Assembly (NCBI GenBank): GCA_040220235.1
Contig: JAVJTO010000106.1
Source: Coleofasciculus sp. B1-GNL1-01
Lineage (GTDB): Bacteria; Cyanobacteriota; Cyanobacteriia; Cyanobacteriales; Coleofasciculaceae
Length of the DNA stretch: 28,378 bases
Reading direction: 5' to 3' (one strand)
A program made the position numbers and the translations under genes. The notes beneath the pieces are model-generated. The model was given only the letters and a program-made list of their open reading frames with translations. It was not told where the DNA came from and searched no databases. Below are positions 1 to 6,685 of this stretch, piece after piece (position 1 is the stretch's first letter; every line of letters starts with the position of its first letter).

Positions 1-5
1 TCAAT

Positions 6-42
6 GTTTACCCATTGAGGCTCTAGGTGTATATATTTCCTT
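6..42. repeat. 37-bp direct repeat, copy 1 (GTTTACCCATTGAGGCTCTAGGTGTATATATTTCCTT)
   Basis: Identical to 4336..4372 by direct comparison. Confidence 0.9.
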
Positions 43-273
43 ATGATAAAACCCTACCAAAAAAATGGCGCGATCGCCCTTGGAAAAAAATCATAACATC
101 CCCAACCGGGCGTACACTTGCCAATCAGCTTACAATAAAACCTAGTTGTGTTCTTTGACGGTATTGGTACACCTTGCCGCGGATTTGGACAGAGGCGTCG
201 TTTCGGTCCTCCGCTTCGCTGCGGACTCCACGAACCATGACATATTTTACCGTTAACGGCTACGAGAGAATTC

Positions 274-417
274 GCGGGCGTGATTGGATTGAATAGAAGG
301 GATGCGATCGCGTTTGGGTTGGGTTGAAGGGAAAGAGTGCGATCGCGTTAAGGTTAGGTTGAGGGGGAGAGAGTGCGATCGCCTTTGGGTTAGGTTGAGG
401 GAATAGAGTGCGATCGT
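274..417 (+). repeat. HIP1-anchored ~35-bp tandem repeat array A
   Basis: GCGATCGC at 304, 339, 375 and GCGATCGT at 410, separated by units like (G/C)TTTGGGTTAGGTTGAGGGGAGAGAGT. Confidence 0.9.
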
Positions 418-483
418 AATGCCTTTGACTCTTAAATAAAATAAGAAAAGACTCAATTATCACCGCACTCCGCGCACAAAACC

Positions 484-798
484 ATGGCACTCACCACCAC
501 CGAGTACAAATACATTCAACTTGATGAGCGCAATATTCCCATCATCGCCGGAACCACGATGAAAGTTGTGGAACTGATCACATCAGCTAAAGCTTACCAC
601 TGGACTCCCGAAGAACTACATACCAACTATCCCCATGTCTCCCTGAGTAAAATCTATTCAGCCTTAGCCTATTACTGGGATCATAAACAGGAACTTGACG
701 CCGATATCGAGCGACGTTATCAATTTGCCGAACAACTCCGACAGGAAGCAGGAGAATCTCCCATTGCCCAAAAATTGCGAGCAAAGGGGCTATTGTAG
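484..798 (+). CDS. DUF433-family protein, putative antitoxin
   Basis: PIIAGTTMKVVELI...TPEELHTNYPHVSLSKIYSALAYY matches the DUF433 pattern; stop overlaps the downstream GTG (TAGTG). Confidence 0.85.
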   Translation: MALTTTEYKYIQLDERNIPIIAGTTMKVVELITSAKAYHWTPEELHTNYPHVSLSKIYSALAYYWDHKQELDADIERRYQFAEQLRQEAGESPIAQKLRAKGLL

Positions 799-1145
799 TG
801 AGTATTGCTCTTTATATGGATGAACAAGTCCCCAAACCCATTACAGTTGGGTTACGTCAACGAGGCGTAGATGTTTTGACTACTCAAGAAGACAAGCACA
901 CAGGAGTCCCTGATCCGATTTTACTTGACCGCGCCGCAGAACTTGGGCGGGTTATTTTCTCTCAAGACGATGACTTTCTTTCAGAAGCTCATCGGCGTCA
1001 GGTAGAGGGGATAAATTTTGCAGGCGTTATTTATGCTCATCAGCGGAACGTTTCTATTGGAGACTGTGTGCGAGATTTAGAACTGATTGCTAAAGCCTGC
1101 GAACCTGGAGATTGTAGCAACCGAGTCCACTATCTTCCTCTGTAA
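798..1145 (+). CDS. DUF5615 PIN-like putative toxin
   Basis: LYMDEQV...LRQRGVDV...PDPILLDRAAELGRVIFSQDDDF is the DUF5615 PIN-like signature; usual partner of DUF433. Confidence 0.85.
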   Translation: MSIALYMDEQVPKPITVGLRQRGVDVLTTQEDKHTGVPDPILLDRAAELGRVIFSQDDDFLSEAHRRQVEGINFAGVIYAHQRNVSIGDCVRDLELIAKACEPGDCSNRVHYLPL

Positions 1146-1158
1146 ACTTGTGCCAAAG

Positions 1159-1405
1159 GCGATCGCGTGGTGATTCGGTTGAGGGGAGAGAGTGCGATCG
1201 CCTTTGGATTAGGTTGAGGGGAGGAAGTGCGATAAGCTTCGCTTGTGCCGAAGGCAATCGCGTTTGGGTTAGGTTGAGGGGAGGAAGTGCGATCGCGTTT
1301 GGGTTAGGTTGAAGGGAGAGAGTGCGATCGCCTTTGGGTGAGGTTGAAGGGAAAAAGTGCGATCGCTCTTTGGGTTGAAGGGAGAAAGTGCGATCATGCG
1401 ATCGC
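1159..1405 (+). repeat. HIP1-anchored ~35-bp tandem repeat array B
   Basis: HIP1 at 1159, 1194, (split 1229-1261), 1289, 1324, 1359, 1398 with GGTTAGGTTGA(G/A)GG-type units. Confidence 0.9.
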
Positions 1406-1436
1406 ACGTCAGCGCTTACGTGATACCTTCAGTAAG

Positions 1437-1775
1437 CTACGCTAACGCAAATTCAGTATATTGTCTAACATGAGGTGGATGAAACGCTAAAACAATCTCC
1501 TCTCGTGCAATCCCTTTGATCAACAAATCTGTCGCCACTCCATCCTCTGTCCAATCTTCCTCAATCCAAATTTTGTCATCTTTCAAACGTATATGAATCA
1601 TCACACTCTTAATCCGCTCATCTTTGTGCCAACCCATCAACAGCAAAAGGTAATGATCATGTATCTCATCAAAAGCTAAAGCACTTTCAGTTGTCGAACC
1701 CGATTTTTGATTGAGTTGATGATAGTCTGTTAAAACATCTTGGATGATTTGACGATAATGCTTTAATCTATCCAT
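1437..1775 (-). CDS. xisI: XisI-family protein
   Basis: FDEIHDHYLLLLMGW...IHIRLKDDKIWIEEDWTEDGVATDLLIKGIAREEIVLAFHPP. Confidence 0.9.
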   Translation of the reverse strand: MDRLKHYRQIIQDVLTDYHQLNQKSGSTTESALAFDEIHDHYLLLLMGWHKDERIKSVMIHIRLKDDKIWIEEDWTEDGVATDLLIKGIAREEIVLAFHPPHVRQYTEFALA

Positions 1776-2179
1776 TGCACAATTACCTCACTCTCGGCAT
1801 CAACAATTAACAACTTCACTTGATTACGATTGATAATCATCTGGGTTAACTGGCGTTGAAAATAACTTTTATAGGTTCCTTGTGTAATCGCCAAATACAG
1901 TTCAAAATCTAATGCTGTTTCTAGCAAAATATCTCGATAAACAACATACTGACCCACAGCTTGCTCTAAGTCTTTAATAAATGAGCGACCTAAAAAACTT
2001 TTGACTTCAACAAGAATTTTTTGACCCTGTTTTTCGGCTACTATTGGTTTTTCGGCTGCAATATCCACGTATAAGCGATCGCCACCATACTCCAAAGAAT
2101 AATCTTCCGTTAAAATCTCCCACCCATCCTTGACCAATGCAAATCTCACAGCATTATGGTAAATATCCTTAGTCGGCAT
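1763..2179 (-). CDS. xisH: XisH-family protein (PD-(D/E)xK-like fold)
   Basis: MPTKDIYHNAVRFALVKDGW...DIAAEK...VEVKSF...AVGQY; 13-nt overlap with xisI. Confidence 0.9.
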   Translation of the reverse strand: MPTKDIYHNAVRFALVKDGWEILTEDYSLEYGGDRLYVDIAAEKPIVAEKQGQKILVEVKSFLGRSFIKDLEQAVGQYVVYRDILLETALDFELYLAITQGTYKSYFQRQLTQMIINRNQVKLLIVDAESEVIVQWID

Positions 2180-2227
2180 CTATAGTGTTGAAGTACATAC
2201 CCCTTCAATTTTAACGAGATATAGGAG

Positions 2228-2488
2228 GCGATCGCCTGTCTTAGGATTGAAGGTAGAGAGAGCGATGGCGTTAGCGGAGTGGGGCGCTCTTAGCGCACAG
2301 CGCTGCTGCGTTAGACAAGCGACTCTGAAAGAGTCAGCGAGATCGCGGGCGTGATCAGATTTGGGCATAGAGTGTGATCGCGTTTGGATTAGGTTGAAGG
2401 GAGGAAGTGCGATCGCGTTAAGGTTACGGTTGAAGGGAAGAGAGTGCGATCGCCTTTGGGTTGGGTTGAGGGAAGAGAGTGCGATCGC
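2228..2488 (+). repeat. HIP1-anchored tandem repeat array C between the divergent xisH genes
   Basis: HIP1 at 2228, split 2262-2346, variant GTGATCGC near 2374, then 2409, 2446, 2481. Confidence 0.9.
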
Positions 2489-2558
2489 ACTTTTGATGAA
2501 TTTCCAGTTACAATAACCCTTAAAGACGCTTGCGTCATGTCAAATTATCCATCTGTCT

Positions 2559-2975
2559 ATGCCAGCCAAGGATATTTTTCACAACACCGTTCGATTAGCC
2601 CTAGAAAAAGATGGCTGGGTAATCACCGATGATCCTTTACACCTGAAAGTTGGCGGAACAGAAATGTATATAGACTTAGCTGCAGAACGATTAATTGCTG
2701 CCCAGAAAAATGGTCAAAACATAGCCGTTGAAATCAAAAGTTTTTTGCGAGAATCGGAACTAACTGAATTTCACTTAGCCCTTGGTCAATTCCTGAACTA
2801 TCGCTTGGCATTAAAGCAAAAATTACCCAATTTTGTTTTATACCTAGCCATTCCTACAGATACTTATAATACCTTATTCCATCGCCAATTCATTCAGGAC
2901 GCTATCGAAGAATATCAACTAAAACTACTAATTTTTGACCCCAATAAACAGAGAATTGCAGCATGGAAAGCTTAA
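2559..2975 (+). CDS. xisH: XisH-family protein
   Basis: MPAKDIFHNTVRLALEKDGWVITDDPL...DLAAE...AVEIKSF...ALGQFLNYR. Confidence 0.92.
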   Translation: MPAKDIFHNTVRLALEKDGWVITDDPLHLKVGGTEMYIDLAAERLIAAQKNGQNIAVEIKSFLRESELTEFHLALGQFLNYRLALKQKLPNFVLYLAIPTDTYNTLFHRQFIQDAIEEYQLKLLIFDPNKQRIAAWKA

Positions 2976-3292
2976 ATATAAAAGAGATAGTCCAACAAAT
3001 CATCAAAGCGCACGCTATCAATCTTAAAGATGATCAGACAGAAGTCCAACTCATTTTTGATAATGAGCGTAATCATTACCTAATGATGGTAGTAGGTTGG
3101 TATGACCAACGACGGGAATATGAGAGCCTAATTCATATTGATATCAAAGATAGCAAAATTTGGATTCAGAGTGATGGAACTGAAATAGGAGTAGCCAAGG
3201 AATTGGTTGAAGCTGGAATTCCACGACAGGATATAGTTTTAGGATATAAGTCTCCCTTTAAACGGCAATTTACTGAATATGCTCACCTGTAA
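2963..3292 (+). CDS. xisI: XisI-family protein
   Basis: FDNERNHYLMMVVGW...IHIDIKDSKIWIQSDGTEIGVAKELVEAGIPRQDIVLGY. Confidence 0.92.
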   Translation: MESLNIKEIVQQIIKAHAINLKDDQTEVQLIFDNERNHYLMMVVGWYDQRREYESLIHIDIKDSKIWIQSDGTEIGVAKELVEAGIPRQDIVLGYKSPFKRQFTEYAHL

Positions 3293-3318
3293 TCTGTAGA
3301 AGGAGTTGCACGCCAATA

Positions 3319-3484
3319 CCCGGATTTCTCACAAGTTTTGCGATCGCACTCTCCAAAACCTTTACCTAGACTAGGTTCTGGGCATTTTTGATGAACCAAG
3401 AATTTCGACAGAGTGTTGAATGCCTTATTTTACCGTCGATCCAGGCTTTATAAGCCTTTGGGGAATCGTGGTGAGAAATCCGGG
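3319..3484. mobile_element. 166-bp MITE with 14-bp terminal inverted repeats and 5-bp target duplication
   Basis: CCCGGATTTCTCAC (3319-3332) / GTGAGAAATCCGGG (3471-3484); CAATA on both sides (3314-3318, 3485-3489). Confidence 0.85.
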
Positions 3485-3628
3485 CAATAGCCCATACTTT
3501 GGTAGAACGCACTCAGTACCAGAGTCACGTCATGCTATTGGCAATGGATTTGCCATCATTCAACAGAACCGAAACCCCATCTACAGGCGGACACATTTTC
3601 ATAAGATGAAAGTATACCAGAAAAAAGC

Positions 3629-3667
3629 GCGATCGCTCTTTGGGTTGAGGGAAGAAAGTGCGATCGC
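3629..3667 (+). repeat. HIP1-unit-HIP1 (array D, short unit variant)
   Basis: GCGATCGC TCTTTGGGTTGAGGGAAGAAAGT GCGATCGC. Confidence 0.85.
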
Positions 3668-3706
3668 ATAACTTGTAAAATGGGTTTCGTTCCTAGTAAC
3701 ATTGAC

Positions 3707-4053
3707 TTATTTCCCAAAGTCTTTAGAAGTCAGGGAAAGTCCAGGATTCAAATCATTAAAAAACTTGGCTAGAGATTTGGCTTGAGCTTTGCTCACCCCC
3801 CTTTCACCATTAATAATCTCCCTGACAAGCTCAAGAGAACCAAAAATCTCCACTAAAGTAGCAGGCTGCACATCCAACTCGTGCATTAGAGACTCCATTG
3901 TCGCCTTCTGCCTTGGGATACTTTTTCTGAACATCTAACAAATTAGACCACTTTGCTTTAGACGCAAAGTTATACCAGTCATTGAGAGCGTCTTCAGCAA
4001 TCTTCGTGTTCAACCCAGAATTCCCGCAACTTTGCTTTGCTGATTACATGCAT
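3707..4053 (-). pseudogene. higBA: Decayed higB-higA toxin-antitoxin pair: frameshifted HigB N-terminus joined by deletion to the HigA HTH C-terminus
   Basis: ATG 4053 gives MHVISKAKLREFWVEHED, a frameshift near 4000, then AEDALNDWYNFASKAKWSNLLDVQKKYPKAE; from ~3905 another frame reads MESLMHELDVQPATLVEIFGSLELVREIINGERGVSKAQAKSLAKFF (HigA-like HTH). Confidence 0.8.
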
Positions 4054-4161
4054 CCCTTTTTGTCTCTATAGCCTGTATCCGTTACCATCATTCAACAGAA
4101 CTAAATTTCTACTTACAGGCGCACACATTTTTCCACTCTAAAAGTATACCAGAAAAATAGT

Positions 4162-4250
4162 GCGATCTGCGCTAGCTCTTTCAAGCCGCTCCGCTAACGC
4201 AGCAGCGCTTCGCTATCGCTCTTTGGGTTGAAGGGAGAGAGTGCGATCGC
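4162..4250 (+). repeat. Split HIP1 plus short unit plus HIP1 (array E)
   Basis: GCGAT...ATCGC (4162-4219) then TCTTTGGGTTGAAGGGAGAGAGT GCGATCGC. Confidence 0.8.
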
Positions 4251-4299
4251 TGTGGGAGCATGTCAAGTTTGCACAAAATGGCCCAGTTAGTTGGCTCTC

Positions 4300-4328
4300 G
4301 TTGGGTTTCGTTCCTCAACCCAACCTAC
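4300..4328. repeat. REP-like hairpin GTTGGGTTTCGTTCCTCAACCCAACCTAC
   Basis: GTTGGGTT/AACCCAAC stem with CTAC end (GTAG on the minus strand); partial copy near 3680. Confidence 0.75.
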
Positions 4329-4335
4329 AAAGGTG

Positions 4336-4372
4336 GTTTACCCATTGAGGCTCTAGGTGTATATATTTCCTT
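4336..4372. repeat. 37-bp direct repeat, copy 2
   Basis: Identical to 6..42. Confidence 0.9.
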
Positions 4373-4543
4373 CAAGTAAACCGTGATCCTACTAGATTGG
4401 TAAAAAAGAGCGATCGCGGTCATATTTGTTTCAGGAGTTGCTTGCACAAATGTACAGAGTGAGAGGGGTTCAAAAAATGCATTTATGTCCCTCGCTTGTA
4501 GGCATTCCGTTATTTAGTTTTGGGGGTAAATTAAAATGTATCA

Positions 4544-6453
4544 TTAATTTCCTTTTACCTGAAGTTCATACAGATTCCAAAATGCCCCATTTAATGCCGA
4601 AAACTTGATTGGAGTAATCCGATCGCGTACTGCTTGCAACGAAAGGGAATTCACTAAATAAAAAAACGGAACTTGTTCCTGGACAATTTGTTGAAATTGA
4701 CCATAAATTTCTTGGCGCTTCCGCTCATCTAACTCCTTCACCCCTTCCTCAAATAAACGATCAATTTCCAGTTCCCAATCTGAGACTTTCCAGCCTTGAA
4801 TCGGCGGTTCTCCTGGCATTTGCCCCTGGTTGAATTGATGTAATGAGCCTTGGGAATACCAAATATTAAAGCTATTGTGAGGTTCCACACCACCTCCACC
4901 AAATCCACCAACATACGCTTCCCAGTCTCGACTCATCAACTTCTGCACAATCACATTAAAGTTAATTACCTGTAAATCAGCTTGAATCCCTAGATTACTC
5001 AAATCCTTTTGAATCTGAACCGCCGCGTCGATACGAGACTTTTCTTCGGCTTTCACCAACAGTGTGAATTGCACCGGGTTATCCTCCCAGTCTAAGAGTT
5101 TCCCTTGGTCATTATATTTAAATCCCGCATTGAGGAGTAATTGCTTCGCCTTTTGCGGGTTATACGCATAAACCTTTAAGCCCTCCTGTGGAGACAAATA
5201 ATAAGGACTTTGCACAGCAATAGGCGAATGCTGTAATTCACCCAATCCTCGAAAAATATTGGTTTTCATCGCGTCGCGGTTAATCCCATAAGCCACAGCT
5301 TGGCGAAAGGCTAACGTATTAAACCAACGAGATTTTATCGGATCAACAAAGGGTTCTCCTTTTTCATTCTTGGCTTTGTTGAGATTGAAGCCAAAAAATC
5401 GGGTATCTGAGGAAGCACCACCATTATAAATCGTATAGTTTCCCCGGTTTTCTTCCTGCTTGAGTAAGCCAAACATTTCCGGCGCAACGTCCAGACTATC
5501 CAGTTCTCCCGAACGAAATCGAATAAACTGGTTATCGGTATTTTCAATAATTTGGACAACAATTCGCTCGATATAAGGTTGAGACGTTCCTTGACTATCC
5601 TGACGCCAATAGTAAGGATTACGCTGAAAAATTATTCGTTGAGCCGGGGTATAACTGACCATCTGATAGGGACCATTGCCAATGATTTGTTGAGGCTCAG
5701 TGTCGGTTCCCCAAGTGGACAGGAAATTCAGGTTACCATTCGCATCGGTAGTGTTGATCGACTCTTGGAGAATATGCTTGGGTAAAATAGTAATACCGCC
5801 AGCATAACGTAAAAATGGGGCAAAGGGTTCAGGAACCGTAAACTCAACTCGCCGTTCATCAAGTTTTCTCACCGAAGGAAATGCGCCTGAAGTCCCAATT
5901 CGTAGAATATCTCTGACCCCCGTAGAAATCTTTTCATTCAGATAAATCTGATTATAAGTAAAGACAATATCATCAGCCGTGAACGGTTCTCCATCCGACC
6001 ATTTTAATCCAGGGCGTAGCGTAAACGTAATTCGGCGTTTATCCTCCGAGATATCCCAAGATTTCGCCAATCCCGGTTCTAATTCAGAGGTGATCCCATT
6101 TTCATTAATCAATCCATCATAAATCAAGCCAAAAACAATCCGACTAAAAAACGATTCACTAATCGCCGAATTAAACGTATCCGGATCAGAAGGAGACACA
6201 AAAACCAGTTGTGAAACTTGAGCCGCCTTACTTTTAAACTGACTGGGATTACAACTACTGAGACTGGTAAGTAGGTGGGGACAATTAAAGTTAACGGTGG
6301 GGATCGTCATTCGTCATTCGTCATTCGTCATTTGTAAGGGTTTGAGGCTTGTTAACATAACTTAATATGGTTGAGTTTATTTCCACCAACCTACTTAACC
6401 GTAAACATAGAAAGGAGAAACAATAAAAACCAACGGCGAATTCGATCAATCAT
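4544..6453 (-). pseudogene. Peptide/nickel ABC transporter solute-binding lipoprotein (family 5), signal peptide interrupted by a MITE; mature part intact (ORF 4544..6310)
   Basis: LAKSWDIS...FTLRPGLKWSDGEPFTADD family-5 signature; removing 6270..6397 restores MIDRIRRWFLLFLLSMFTVTSLSSC in frame. Confidence 0.8.
6268..6397. mobile_element. TA-flanked MITE (AGTAG...CTACT ends), copy 1, with internal (CGTCATT)n
   Basis: TAAGTAGGTGG...CCAACCTACTTA; near-identical ends at 22810..22993; TA duplication shown by ORF restoration. Confidence 0.9.
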
Positions 6454-6569
6454 AAGTAGATGGACACAATTAAAGTTAACTGTTGAGATTAGGGAACAGG
6501 GAACAGTAAAGGTTTGAGGGTTATTTACAAAAGTTAATACAGTGCCGTTTCCTTTTACCCGACTACTTA
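6453..6569. mobile_element. TA-flanked MITE, diverged copy 2 with internal GGGAACA repeats
   Basis: TAAGTAGATGGACACAATTAAAGTTAAC...CCGACTACTTA; shares ACAATTAAAGTTAAC and GGTTTGAGG with copy 1. Confidence 0.8.
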
Positions 6570-6609
6570 TTTCCAAAATTTCTAAACTTGTTCTCCCCAT
6601 CCCTTAACC

Positions 6610-6651
6610 CCCTCTGCGCCCTCTGCGTAAACCGCTGCGCCCCTCTGCGTT
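6610..6651. repeat. Short CTCTGCG-type tandem repeat
   Basis: CTCTGCG/GCTGCG repeated 4 times. Confidence 0.6.
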
Positions 6652-6685
6652 AAAAAAACATCACTCTGAACCTTCTCCCTTACCC

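Noticed and set aside
195..262. Hairpin TCCGC-TTCGCT-GCGGA and palindrome CCGTTAACGG as an integron attC site
   Set aside because: No paired RYYYAAC/GTTRRRY boxes in the right arrangement, and not repeated at other cassette ends.
253..490. ORFs 253..456, 260..490, and similarly 1090..1407, 2180..2368, 2444..2632
   Set aside because: They are translations of the HIP1 repeat arrays (AIAL/RSH/DR motifs), not credible proteins.
274..2488. Regularly spaced ~35-bp repeats as a CRISPR array
   Set aside because: Units are contiguous with no unique spacers, and there are no cas genes in the window.
3420..3671. 83-aa ORF
   Set aside because: Spans a MITE end, the antisense of the leader module and a repeat; no recognisable family.
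6391..6600. 69-aa ORF
   Set aside because: Chimera of MITE sequence and the orphaned signal peptide of the ABC-binding gene.
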